From a virus (lineage: Duplodnaviria; Caudoviricetes): a stretch of DNA of 40,797 nt. This document shows positions 18,092 to 27,493 of this stretch, one piece after another (the first letter of the stretch is position 1; the number at the start of each line of letters is the position of its first letter). The notes beneath the pieces are model-generated. The model worked only from the letters and a program-made list of their open reading frames with translations, was not told the origin of the DNA and ran no database searches. The stretch covers positions 1 to 40,797 of IMG/VR virus record IMGVR_UViG_3300044723_002808; one strand, given 5' to 3'. A program made the position numbers and the translations under genes.

Positions 18092-18762
18092 TCCATATCC
18101 GTTTGTGTTGTTTCACTAAAATATCTAAACCAGTCCTCTGAATAATCACCATCTTCATATTCACTAAACCAAGGACCACCCTCTGTAAAATGTACGTTCT
18201 TTACATCATCTTTCTTTTCATATTCACCTGCTAACCAATTCCATTCTAATGGAATATCACCAATTAGTTTTTCACTTTCCAACCATTTAAACTGATGCAA
18301 CTCTAAACCACTTGCCCTATTAACATAGTTAGGTGTTAAAGCAGTACACTTTTTACAATTCATTAACATAAAACTAGACCAGTTCTTTTTAGGATAAACA
18401 GTTTGTTTTTGATTTAAAAACTTTACTGTACTCTTTGGTGTGTAGTCGTGTTTACAAACTTGCACTGCATATCTATCATCTCTTAATCTCCAAAGTTCAT
18501 TGATATCTGCTTTCATTAACATATCGCAATCCATAAACAATGCCCAACCTTGATAGTTCATTAGGTGTGGTGTGATAAATCTACTAAATGAAAATTCTGT
18601 AGATGATAAATTATTTCTTTCTCTGACAAAATCATCTTTTATATTGTCAAGATAGATAGGTGTGATTGATACAGGTTGTGTACTATTCTTTAATATGCTA
18701 TATGATAATACACTAAATGATACTTTTTCTTTTGTATCATAACCTATAAAAACATTGATCAT
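18088..18762 (-). CDS. Glycosyltransferase (GT-A, CDI-like)
   Basis: FIGYD, STEFSFSRF, FMDCDML, YPKKNWSS, HFTEGGPW. Confidence 0.88.
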   Translation of the reverse strand: MINVFIGYDTKEKVSFSVLSYSILKNSTQPVSITPIYLDNIKDDFVRERNNLSSTEFSFSRFITPHLMNYQGWALFMDCDMLMKADINELWRLRDDRYAVQVCKHDYTPKSTVKFLNQKQTVYPKKNWSSFMLMNCKKCTALTPNYVNRASGLELHQFKWLESEKLIGDIPLEWNWLAGEYEKKDDVKNVHFTEGGPWFSEYEDGDYSEDWFRYFSETTQTDME

Positions 18763-19103
18763 ACTTTACTACCAACTGTTTCTCTTTCTATGTCACCGTG
18801 ATCAAACTCTGCCCAATATAATTCAAATGCTACACCATCTTCTAAACCTATAAACTGGTGAAACTCATTTGGTTTTACTTGTGTAAAGTCACCAGGTCCT
18901 AATATTGTTTCATCAACTAAATCATAATCGTTCTTCCAAACTTTTACTATCATTTTACCAGACTCAACAAAGAAACCATTCCATTTAAATTTGTGTCTGT
19001 GTTTAGAACACGATATACCTTTTTTATATTCTATTCTATGAAACTCTAAAACACCGTTTGCGTGTATGAGTTCTGTTTGTCCCCAAATTTTACCTGCTTT
19101 CAT
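18759..19103 (-). CDS. Cupin-fold protein (sugar isomerase-like)
   Basis: K.WG, S.H.H, F.VESG, PGD...V.P...HQF. Confidence 0.8.
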   Translation of the reverse strand: MKAGKIWGQTELIHANGVLEFHRIEYKKGISCSKHRHKFKWNGFFVESGKMIVKVWKNDYDLVDETILGPGDFTQVKPNEFHQFIGLEDGVAFELYWAEFDHGDIERETVGSKV

Positions 19104-19873
19104 TTTAACATTTCTCCTGCATCTTTTCTTGCTTTACCTTTTAGATGGTCCATATATTCTGCCATTGGTGTATCTGGCCAAGGATTGCCAACTTTTCTTA
19201 TAGTTGGTGATAAATTATAAAACTTTATATCACCGTTTAATTCTTTTGTTAATTTTTTTCTAACTACATCAAACAAATAACTATCGTGCCACTCTTTTTC
19301 TGTTAATAGATTTAAATGAGTATACATCTCTCTAAATCTTTGAACAAATACTCTTGTTTGCCAGTGTCTTAAATTATATCCTACAAAACCACATTCACTA
19401 TAATATGTTGGTCTGTGTATATGAGAGATTTGATAATCTCCTGGTAAAAACTTTTCTACAACATCTTTTGCATTGAATGATTTTTTAAATATCATATCAG
19501 CATCAATCCAAAATACATAATCATAATTTGTTTTACCATTTGTCATCAAATCTGTTTTAGCAAAAACTTTGTAAGCAAATCTAATGCCGTCTTTTTTATA
19601 ATTTGTTCCGTGAATTATCTTTTGTGGTTCGCCGGGTACAACACTATCTACATTGTAACCACTCATCCTTGCTTTAAATTTTCTTAACTCATTTCCATTT
19701 TTACCTGAATTGATATCAATGTAATGTATATTATCTCTTAATGGAAAATCTTCAGGTGTCCAACCTTCGTGATAAATGTGTAGATTAAATGGTAGATTGT
19801 ATGATTCTAAAAATCTATGTGCATAATAATGATATAACTTTTCATTAAAACTAGTAACTATACCTATCTTCAT
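19100..19873 (-). CDS. Putative glycosyltransferase (GT-A)
   Basis: RFAYKVFA, WIDAD, SECGFVGYNL, EWHDSY.FD, DHLKG. Confidence 0.8.
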   Translation of the reverse strand: MKIGIVTSFNEKLYHYYAHRFLESYNLPFNLHIYHEGWTPEDFPLRDNIHYIDINSGKNGNELRKFKARMSGYNVDSVVPGEPQKIIHGTNYKKDGIRFAYKVFAKTDLMTNGKTNYDYVFWIDADMIFKKSFNAKDVVEKFLPGDYQISHIHRPTYYSECGFVGYNLRHWQTRVFVQRFREMYTHLNLLTEKEWHDSYLFDVVRKKLTKELNGDIKFYNLSPTIRKVGNPWPDTPMAEYMDHLKGKARKDAGEMLK

Positions 19874-20423
19874 ATCCTGTCCTCATAATATAGTATGAAT
19901 CAACAATGTCAGTAACAGGATTATCTAATTTATTCATACCCAAAACAGATACTAAATCTTGTCCACCATCTTTCATAAATTGCTCATACATTTTTTGTTT
20001 GTCTGCGTTACCTTTACCAGTTGCTCTCTTTTTGATTACACTTGGTACTAATATATTAAATTCTACTTTTGATGATTTCCACAATTTATGTTTAAGTAAA
20101 CCACCATTTTCTGCTATCTGAAATAAACCTTGACCTTTTGAACCATAGGAATATCCTTCAATATATACATTACTATGTATATCACTTATTAGGTCGAATA
20201 CCCAATTAGATATAGCATCAAATCTTTCTTCAGGTGTTTTATACAATGGATATTCATAACCTGTTACACCTTTAGCAATATTGCCAAGATACTTTTTCTT
20301 TTTAGTTAAGAAATGAAAAGTAACTTTTGAAATATCAACATCTTCTAATTTATCTTCATTTATACAAACTGCTGGACTATTTAAACTGTAATCAATCCCA
20401 ATCGTCCTCGTCTTCAACATCAT
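19851..20423 (-). CDS. RuvC-like nuclease / Holliday junction resolvase
   Basis: GIDYS, YIEGYS, KK.ATGKGNADK, D..DS. Confidence 0.8.
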   Translation of the reverse strand: MMLKTRTIGIDYSLNSPAVCINEDKLEDVDISKVTFHFLTKKKKYLGNIAKGVTGYEYPLYKTPEERFDAISNWVFDLISDIHSNVYIEGYSYGSKGQGLFQIAENGGLLKHKLWKSSKVEFNILVPSVIKKRATGKGNADKQKMYEQFMKDGGQDLVSVLGMNKLDNPVTDIVDSYYIMRTGYEDRYSY

Positions 20424-20553
20424 AATTATTCATCTCCTCATCATCAAATTCGTGTCCACAAAATGGACATATAATAGGGTATATTTCTTTAGTTTCATCA
20501 AATACGATTTTCATTTCCATATTGCAACTGTGACATTTATGTTTTTTTATCAT
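20392..20553 (-). CDS. Zinc-ribbon protein with acidic tail (53 aa)
   Basis: Manual translation MIKKHKCHSC...CPFCGHEFDDEE...DWD; ATGA overlap with nrdB stop. Confidence 0.75.
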   Translation of the reverse strand: MIKKHKCHSCNMEMKIVFDETKEIYPIICPFCGHEFDDEEMNNYDVEDEDDWD

Positions 20554-21653
20554 AGTTTAAATTGTTTAAATTGATCTTTCTTTACGTCTTGTTTTATACC
20601 ACCTATGACGTATGATTCAATTTCTGTTTCTTGTGGTGCATTTTGTAAACCTCTACTACTTAACCAATGTGTTATCCAAGGTAAAGGGTTTGACTTTTGA
20701 TCGTACTTCGGAGTTAGACGTATCGCCTTCATTCTTCGGTTTGCCATATGTTCTACAAACTGGTGTAACAGTTTTTCTGATAATCCTATCATACTTCCTT
20801 GCGAAAATAGATATGTTGCCCATCTCTTCTCCTCCTGTACTGCCTCATCAAACATTTTATAAACTAAATCTTCTGTATCTTTTATTACTTGGTTCATCAC
20901 TTTGTCATTTTCTCTTTCTCTATAATTATTAATTATATTCTGTGACATTGCAAAGTGTTGACTTTCATCTCTTGCTATAAATGATATTATCTTTGCTGAA
21001 CCTTCTAACTTTTTAAGTTCACCAAATGCAAATGAACAAGCAAAAGATACATAAAATCTTAAACCTTCAAGTATGTTAACAGTTACTAATGCTAACCATA
21101 ATTTCTTCTTTAACTCATACATATCAACTTTATCAGGTGCTACTGACCATTGATAACCCATTTGTATCAGATCATCATAAGTTTGAGTAACAGACTTTGC
21201 TCTACGTTCTATCTTCTCATCTTCTATGATGGTATCAAACACATCACTAGGGTTTGGATACAAGTTCTTTATAATGTATGTATAACTTCTAGAATGTATA
21301 GTTTCCATAAAATCCCAAGTTACAATACAACCCTCTATTTCAGGTAGAGATACAAATGGTAGAAATGCTAAACAAGGACCTCTACCTTGCACACTATCTA
21401 ACATAGTTTGATATTTTAAATTAGATGTAAAGATAAACTTCTGCTCATCTCTTAACTCAAGAAAATCATTTCTATCTTTTTGTAAAGATACTTCTTCTGG
21501 TCTCCAAAAATATCCTAATTGTGTTTGATTTAATTTATCAAACACTGGATACTTAAAAGTATCATATCTTTGTACTGCTAAATCTTCACCAAAAAACATT
21601 GGTTGTTTAGTAGCATCTAATCCTTTATTTTTATTAAACACACTTTTACTCAT
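20550..21653 (-). CDS. nrdB: Ribonucleotide reductase class Ia beta subunit
   Basis: FWRPEEV, DSVQGR, ETIHSRSY, EGLRFYVSF, RDESQH, APQETE. Confidence 0.98.
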   Translation of the reverse strand: MSKSVFNKNKGLDATKQPMFFGEDLAVQRYDTFKYPVFDKLNQTQLGYFWRPEEVSLQKDRNDFLELRDEQKFIFTSNLKYQTMLDSVQGRGPCLAFLPFVSLPEIEGCIVTWDFMETIHSRSYTYIIKNLYPNPSDVFDTIIEDEKIERRAKSVTQTYDDLIQMGYQWSVAPDKVDMYELKKKLWLALVTVNILEGLRFYVSFACSFAFGELKKLEGSAKIISFIARDESQHFAMSQNIINNYRERENDKVMNQVIKDTEDLVYKMFDEAVQEEKRWATYLFSQGSMIGLSEKLLHQFVEHMANRRMKAIRLTPKYDQKSNPLPWITHWLSSRGLQNAPQETEIESYVIGGIKQDVKKDQFKQFKL

Positions 21654-22293
21654 CTTTCATATCCTTTAGTTCATAGTGCCACTCTTCACTATCACCAGCA
21701 GTCCATTTATGTGTACCTTCTACTTCATATTCTACAGTAGAAACTTTAAAATCAGGAAACTTTAACTTACTTGGTGATAAAGATTTATCATAAAAAATAA
21801 CTCTGTTATTTGGTTGGGCGGCAATATGTCCATTTTCTAATGCTATAATATTAAATGATTTATGCTGACTTGGTACTTCTGCAAATGAAACATCTCTCTC
21901 CATATCTGTTGACCAAGCACTATCAATTGTCCACCAATAATGACCTTTGTACCATTTCTTTTCTGGTGACATATACTTACACATACTACCTGCTAATAAT
22001 TGTTTTTGCACAATTGTTATATCGTAACTAAAACAATCCCATAATTGTAATTCTGTCAAAGGTAAATTACCTTCGTAATCTTTTTTCCATACAAATGCTG
22101 ATATAGGTAGTTTATCAAACAACGCACCATACTCTGGTAAAAAAGTTTCAAAGTACAATGCTCTACCCATAATTGATTTTGCAGTAACCCAAACGCCAGG
22201 TGTTAATTCACCGTGACCTTTTTCTAAATCATATAGATATTCTTTCTTGACCCAAACTTCTTCGTGTGGTGTGTTTAATGCTAAATACGCCAT
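21646..22293 (-). CDS. Conserved marine-phage hypothetical protein between nrdA and nrdB
   Basis: GAL.DKLPISAF, LQLWDCFSY, HK...I.L.NG..AAQPNNR motifs; GGAGG SD. Confidence 0.75.
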   Translation of the reverse strand: MAYLALNTPHEEVWVKKEYLYDLEKGHGELTPGVWVTAKSIMGRALYFETFLPEYGALFDKLPISAFVWKKDYEGNLPLTELQLWDCFSYDITIVQKQLLAGSMCKYMSPEKKWYKGHYWWTIDSAWSTDMERDVSFAEVPSQHKSFNIIALENGHIAAQPNNRVIFYDKSLSPSKLKFPDFKVSTVEYEVEGTHKWTAGDSEEWHYELKDMKDE

Positions 22294-22302
22294 ATTACCT
22301 CC

Positions 22303-24600
22303 CTATATTGCACAACTTTCACATTCTTCTTCATCTTCTACTTTTGTTTCAGGCACTTCGTCTTTGAACCCTATCGGGTGTGCTGGTTCATCTTCATCTT
22401 TCTTACTATCATATGTATTCTGATAATAAGAAGTCTTCCAACCTAACTTGTATGTTGTTAACAAGTCTTGTGCCATAACTGAAACAGGAACTTGACCATC
22501 TTCAAAGTGTTCTGGATTATAAGACCAGTTACCACTAATTGCTTGATCAAAGTATTTTTGCATAACAGAAACTATATTTATGTAACCTGACATATCTTTC
22601 ATATCCCATAATAATGTATAATAATTTTTAAGTTTATGATAATCAGGTACAACTTGTTTTAGTGGTCCTTTCTTTGACTTCTTTACACTTAAATAATCTC
22701 TAGGTGGTTCAATACCATTTGTTGCATTACTTACAACACTAGATGATTCAGATGGCATCTGTGCTGACAATGTGCTATGTCTTAAACCATTTGCTTTTAT
22801 ATCTTCTCTTAATTTGTTCCAAGGTAAAGATAATTCTCTGTCAACTAATTCATCAACATCTTTTTTATATGTATCAATAGGTAAAATACCATCTGCATAT
22901 TTTGTTCTATCAAAATATTCACACTTACCTTTTTCTTTAGCAAGGTTACAACTTGCCCATAGTAAATGAAATTGAAATGCCTCTGTAAGTTCATCAACTA
23001 ACTTCCAAGCATCTGGATTATCATAAGTAACTTTGTGTTTTGCAAGATAGTGAGCAAGACCAATATAACCTATACCTAAACTTCTTCTTGCTTTAGTCGA
23101 TATCTCTGCCGCCTTTACTGGATATTTCTGATGGTCTATTATTTCATCTAAACCTCTCACTGCTAAATCACATAAATCTTCTAATTCATCAAGTGATTTC
23201 ATAGCACCTACATTTATAGCACTTAAAATACATAATGCTATTTCACCCTCACCGTCTATGTGTTGTATTGGGTCTGTAGGTAAAGTAATCTCTTGACACA
23301 AGTTTGACATATAAACTCTATCTTTAAAACTAGAATGAGTATTACAATGGTCGATATTCATAATGTAAATACGACCTGTTTCTGCTCTTTCTTTTAATAT
23401 ATCAAAAAATAATTGTTGACAACTAATTTTCTTTTTCTTAACGTGTTTTCTTTCTGCTTTTTCATATAGTGAATCAAACTCATCAGTTCCCCACGCATCA
23501 TATAATTCAGGAACTTCGTGTGGTGAAAATAAAGTTATCTCTTGATCATTAATAAATCTCTCATAGAATAGTTTAGATAATTGAATTGAGTAATCTAACT
23601 TTCTAACTCTGTTGTCATCTGAACCTTTATTGTTTTTCAATACAATAATATCTTCTATCTCGGCGTGCCATATTGGGAAGTGAACAGTTGCACTACCACC
23701 TCTTACACCATTTTGTGTGCAACACTTAACTGTTGATTCAAACTTTTTAAGAAATGGTATAACACCTGTGTGTTGAACTTCACCACCTCTAATTCTAGAA
23801 TTGATGCCTCTTATTCTGCCTGCGTTGATACCAATTCCTGCCCTTTGAGCAACATACCTACCAATACCCATATCACTAGAAAAAATACTATCGAGAGTAT
23901 CATCAACGTCAACCAAAACACAACTAGCATACTGACGCAAAGGAGTTCGAACACCCGCCATAACGGGAGTAGGAATATTGATTTTAAAATTGCTAATAGC
24001 ATCATAATATCTTTTTACATAACCCATTCTAGAAGTATCAGGATACTTTGCAAACACTGTTGCAGAAATCATCATATACATAAACTGTGGTGATTCAAAA
24101 ACCTCACCTGTACTTCTGTCTTGTACTAAATATTTATCAATAACTTGTCTTAATCCAGCATAAGTAAAGTTGTAATCTCTTTTATGATCTAACCAAGATT
24201 CCATTTGATTAAATTCATCTTCACTATAATTATCTAATATTTCTTTATCATATAAACCTTTGTCTACACACTTTTGAACGTGAGCATAGAAATGTGGGTG
24301 ATCCCAAAGTCTATTGAAAATTTGTTTTCTTAAACTGTAAAGTAATAATCTGGCGGCAACATATTGATAGTTTGGTTTTTCTAATGATATTAAATCGGCG
24401 GCAGATTTAACAAGTATCTGTTGTATTTCATCAGTCGTTATACCATCATAGAATTGTAAACCACTATTCATTTCAACTTGAGATGTAGAAACACCATTGA
24501 TACCCTCAACAGCATACTCTACCATCTCGTGTATCTTTTCTATATTTAAAGTTTCTCTGCCTCTTTCTCTTCGTTTAACAACTGATATTTCTTTTTCCAT
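22303..24600 (-). CDS. nrdA: Ribonucleotide reductase class Ia alpha subunit with ATP cone
   Basis: VVKR ATP cone, PTPVMAG, SCVL, SNLCQEI, MPSESSS, C-terminal CESC; start re-called at 24600 (GGAGG SD). Confidence 0.98.
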   Translation of the reverse strand: MEKEISVVKRRERGRETLNIEKIHEMVEYAVEGINGVSTSQVEMNSGLQFYDGITTDEIQQILVKSAADLISLEKPNYQYVAARLLLYSLRKQIFNRLWDHPHFYAHVQKCVDKGLYDKEILDNYSEDEFNQMESWLDHKRDYNFTYAGLRQVIDKYLVQDRSTGEVFESPQFMYMMISATVFAKYPDTSRMGYVKRYYDAISNFKINIPTPVMAGVRTPLRQYASCVLVDVDDTLDSIFSSDMGIGRYVAQRAGIGINAGRIRGINSRIRGGEVQHTGVIPFLKKFESTVKCCTQNGVRGGSATVHFPIWHAEIEDIIVLKNNKGSDDNRVRKLDYSIQLSKLFYERFINDQEITLFSPHEVPELYDAWGTDEFDSLYEKAERKHVKKKKISCQQLFFDILKERAETGRIYIMNIDHCNTHSSFKDRVYMSNLCQEITLPTDPIQHIDGEGEIALCILSAINVGAMKSLDELEDLCDLAVRGLDEIIDHQKYPVKAAEISTKARRSLGIGYIGLAHYLAKHKVTYDNPDAWKLVDELTEAFQFHLLWASCNLAKEKGKCEYFDRTKYADGILPIDTYKKDVDELVDRELSLPWNKLREDIKANGLRHSTLSAQMPSESSSVVSNATNGIEPPRDYLSVKKSKKGPLKQVVPDYHKLKNYYTLLWDMKDMSGYINIVSVMQKYFDQAISGNWSYNPEHFEDGQVPVSVMAQDLLTTYKLGWKTSYYQNTYDSKKDEDEPAHPIGFKDEVPETKVEDEEECESCAI

Positions 24601-25595
24601 TATCGTTTCCTCCAATATGTTAATTTAGTCAAAGCAGATAACTTTGAATATGTATTTTCTTTAATAATTTTAATTAGTTCGTCTTTTGATAATCCATTCA
24701 TAATCATTTCGTTTACGTCTTTTTCTTTCACTTCATCAGACCAGATAACAATATTGAACCCTTGTTCTATTACCTTTGACATTCTATTTATAATTTCAAG
24801 GTTTCTAGGTTCGTTGTCAAATATATATGTTACTTGTTTAGAAGGGACTTCTTCAAATAGTAAGTCAGCACCACCGGCGGCGATACAATTGTCTATGAAT
24901 AGAGAGTCTATCGGACCTTCTGTAATATATATGTGGTCTTGTAAGTTAATTCTGTCTAAACCATATATTTTTTTAGCATCTGGGTCAACTTTAATTGTAA
25001 GATACTTTGGGTTTTCATTTCCTAATGCTCTACCTTGAAATGCTATAAGTTTCTTAGATGCATTAAAGAACGGTATAATCAGTCTAGAATGCTCTCTAGC
25101 GGTAGTAAATGTATCTTTCTTTACTTTATTAACAAACTCTGTAAACTTATCACAAAAATATAATTTGTCAAGATGTTTTTCTGGTATCTTTCTATCTAAA
25201 CAGTATTGTTTGACAGGGTGTGTGTCATTTAAGTCACACACTTTTGATATGTCATCTAGTATTGTAGTATTTAAAAACTTGACAGGTTTAAAGTTGAACT
25301 CTGGTTTTGGTGTCGCAGGTCTACTGCCTTTATACCTGTCAAGCAAGTATTCTTCATATACTTTGGGGTCAACAAACTTGAGGAAGTTTAAAAGATTTTG
25401 ACCCATACCACAGTTGTGACACTTGAAAAACATATCGTTCTTTTTCATATAGAGATATGCTCTTGCTTTAGTCTTTGATTTCTTCGAATCACCACAGTGT
25501 GGGCATCTGAAGTTGAACAGGTTGTTTTTCTGCTTAAACTGTTCTAATCTAGATGATATTTTAGATATATATTTTAAATCTGTATATGAAGTCAT
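24600..25595 (-). CDS. gp61: DNA primase (T4 gp61-like)
   Basis: NFRCPHCGDS, KCHNC Zn finger, TEGPIDSLF, FDNEPRN, KDVNEM TOPRIM. Confidence 0.96.
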   Translation of the reverse strand: MTSYTDLKYISKISSRLEQFKQKNNLFNFRCPHCGDSKKSKTKARAYLYMKKNDMFFKCHNCGMGQNLLNFLKFVDPKVYEEYLLDRYKGSRPATPKPEFNFKPVKFLNTTILDDISKVCDLNDTHPVKQYCLDRKIPEKHLDKLYFCDKFTEFVNKVKKDTFTTAREHSRLIIPFFNASKKLIAFQGRALGNENPKYLTIKVDPDAKKIYGLDRINLQDHIYITEGPIDSLFIDNCIAAGGADLLFEEVPSKQVTYIFDNEPRNLEIINRMSKVIEQGFNIVIWSDEVKEKDVNEMIMNGLSKDELIKIIKENTYSKLSALTKLTYWRKR

Positions 25596-25601
25596 TGAAT
25601 G

Positions 25602-25630
25602 ACTATACTTGAAACAAACTATATTGTCAA
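25602..25630 (-). promoter_or_regulatory. Sigma70 promoter giving a probable leaderless primase mRNA
   Basis: TTGACA(25630-25625)-N17-TATAGT(25607-25602)-6 nt-ATG; no SD. Confidence 0.75.
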
Positions 25631-25632
25631 GT

Positions 25633-26061
25633 CTATTTTGACATCATATCTATGAGTGGCATTAAGTTTTTTGATAGTATAAAACCAATAACAATAGAAC
25701 CACCAATTATCAACCATTTCCACTTTTCTAACATACCAACTCTACTGTTCATATCGTGTTTCAGTGTTTTGATTTCTAATAGTAATCTGCGTTCTACTTG
25801 ATTAATATTTTTATGAAGATCATCATAAACTTGATTTATACTTGACTGTCTTTCTTTCAACTTGTCAAATATGACTTCATCTATTTGCTCTTGCTTTGCT
25901 AATTTCTCTTCGTGTACTGCCAACATTGATTTGATGCTGGTGGACACATCAGTCATTTTTTCTATTGCAGTGTCTATTCTAGATTGAATGTTTGTAACAT
26001 TCTCTATATCTTTTTTTAGACCCTCAATCTGAACTTTAATATCTACATTGGAATCTTCCAT
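25633..26061 (-). CDS. Coiled-coil protein with C-terminal TM (conserved next to primase in T4-likes)
   Basis: LAVHEEKL, LEKWKW followed by hydrophobic helix. Confidence 0.7.
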   Translation of the reverse strand: MEDSNVDIKVQIEGLKKDIENVTNIQSRIDTAIEKMTDVSTSIKSMLAVHEEKLAKQEQIDEVIFDKLKERQSSINQVYDDLHKNINQVERRLLLEIKTLKHDMNSRVGMLEKWKWLIIGGSIVIGFILSKNLMPLIDMMSK

Positions 26062-26242
26062 ATCTTATTGTCTTTCTCTCTACACCTAACTTTTTTAATG
26101 TTCTTCTGCGTCTTCTGTCTTTCTGTTTTCTAATGGTTAAAAATTTATTATTTAAAATATAAAGTAATGTTCTACTGTCAGGTCGTTTTCTTCTCTTCAA
26201 TACTCTATAGAGCATTGGTTGTCTTAATCTTTTCATAGACAC
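26036..26242 (-). CDS. Small highly basic protein
   Basis: Arg/Lys-rich 68 aa ORF behind a late-promoter-like box. Confidence 0.45.
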   Translation of the reverse strand: MSMKRLRQPMLYRVLKRRKRPDSRTLLYILNNKFLTIRKQKDRRRRRTLKKLGVERKTIRYGRFQCRY

Positions 26243-26248
26243 CTATAG

Positions 26249-26256
26249 TATTTAGT
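26249..26256 (-). promoter_or_regulatory. T4-type late promoter variant (ACTAAATA)
   Basis: Intergenic; shares TAAATACTATAG with the promoter at 33555. Confidence 0.6.
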
Positions 26257-26298
26257 TAAAAAACAAAGTATTGACAGTCACAATAAAATGACTGTCAA
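26257..26298 (-). terminator. Intrinsic terminator-like hairpin
   Basis: Perfect 10-bp stem TTGACAGTCA(26271-26280)/TGACTGTCAA(26289-26298) followed by T-rich run on minus strand. Confidence 0.6.
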
Positions 26299-26315
26299 CA
26301 AAGTCATAGTTTTGA

Positions 26316-26711
26316 CTACTTCTTACCGAAAAACTTCGAGGCAGATCGCACACCAAAACTTGCGGCGACAATGACACCTAATGTGTATTGATACCATTCT
26401 GGTAGTTCGTTAAGTCTTGCAAAACCATTCGACACAATTTCTTCCATACCAGGTATGAAACACATTACTAGTGGTATAGAAAAGATAATTGTCAACCACT
26501 CATCCTTCCAGGAATTTTGAGAACCTTTTATTGCCTCTAAATCCCAATCTATTTCACCAGTTGCTTGTTTCTCTAGTATTTTTGCTTTTGCTTTTGCCTC
26601 GGCGACTTTAACTTCACCTTCTGCTTTTGATTTTTCGACTTTACCTTTCATCCAATTACCTGCTAAATCTCCTACGAGACCAAGTGCTGAACCTAAAAAT
26701 GGTAATGCCAT
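26316..26711 (-). CDS. Holin-like membrane protein (3TM/GTA-holin-like)
   Basis: SWKDEW...FSIP, LPEWYQY, ASFG.R pattern; two TM segments, basic C-terminus. Confidence 0.65.
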   Translation of the reverse strand: MALPFLGSALGLVGDLAGNWMKGKVEKSKAEGEVKVAEAKAKAKILEKQATGEIDWDLEAIKGSQNSWKDEWLTIIFSIPLVMCFIPGMEEIVSNGFARLNELPEWYQYTLGVIVAASFGVRSASKFFGKK

Positions 26712-27476
26712 TTAATCCTCCCTTTTATAAATTGCTGAACATAATAACATATCATATTCGTTTATTTCACAATTCAATTTTTCTTTGACGTAATGTCTAC
26801 TAAACATAGAATCAAATCGATAACAATTATGAAATTTATCATCATTATATATTGTAACAACTTCATCATCAAATCTGTATAATTCTTCAGTAGGAAAATA
26901 TTCACCTCTTAAATATTTTTTTAACTTATTTTTCGGTAGCATAAACTGTGCATCTGCTACATTATACAAATCACAAAAATGATGAATTATTACACCGTTT
27001 TTTCTTAAATGATTTTTTTGTCTATTGAATACATATTCAAATTCTTCAAATGAAATATGATTAAAAACTGAGTGTGAAAAAATCACGTCAAATTTATCAT
27101 CTTCGTTTAGACACCATTCGGGTTCTTTTAAACCCTTTGAATTATATTGTTGATTAAATTTATCATAATGAATTGTATTTGCATCGGGAAACATTGATTT
27201 CAATTCATTTAATTTTTCTGTGCTAACATCCACACCCGTATATTTTGATATGTTGATTTTTTTAGAATCGAAACTATCGAATATAAAAAACCCATTTCTA
27301 CAACCCCAATCTAATATGTGTTTATCATCTAAATCTACTAATTGAGATAAACACTCGTAAACATTTATTCTGCATAATCTTTTATCTACAATGTTAAGAT
27401 TTAATTCATCTAAAGTTTCTATAAGAGGCATATGTCCCACAGTTTTCAAACTCAAAGCACTATCATCTTTAATCAT
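26712..27476 (-). CDS. Class I SAM methyltransferase
   Basis: ILDWGC.NG, YTGVDVS, FDVIFSHSVFNH, L..NG. Confidence 0.85.
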   Translation of the reverse strand: MIKDDSALSLKTVGHMPLIETLDELNLNIVDKRLCRINVYECLSQLVDLDDKHILDWGCRNGFFIFDSFDSKKINISKYTGVDVSTEKLNELKSMFPDANTIHYDKFNQQYNSKGLKEPEWCLNEDDKFDVIFSHSVFNHISFEEFEYVFNRQKNHLRKNGVIIHHFCDLYNVADAQFMLPKNKLKKYLRGEYFPTEELYRFDDEVVTIYNDDKFHNCYRFDSMFSRHYVKEKLNCEINEYDMLLCSAIYKRED

Positions 27477-27493
27477 TCAATTTCTCCTTATCA

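Noticed and set aside
23811-24005. Hydrophobic 64-aa alternative-frame ORF inside nrdA
   Set aside because: No SD; expected by-product of nrdA codon bias
20550-24600. Intron, intein or homing endonuclease in nrdA/nrdB
   Set aside because: Both ORFs are continuous and of normal length; the intervening ORF has no nuclease motif I can recognise
26271-26298. Promoters from the TTGACA hexamers in the inverted repeat
   Set aside because: No -10 box at 16-18 bp on either strand; a terminator hairpin explains it better
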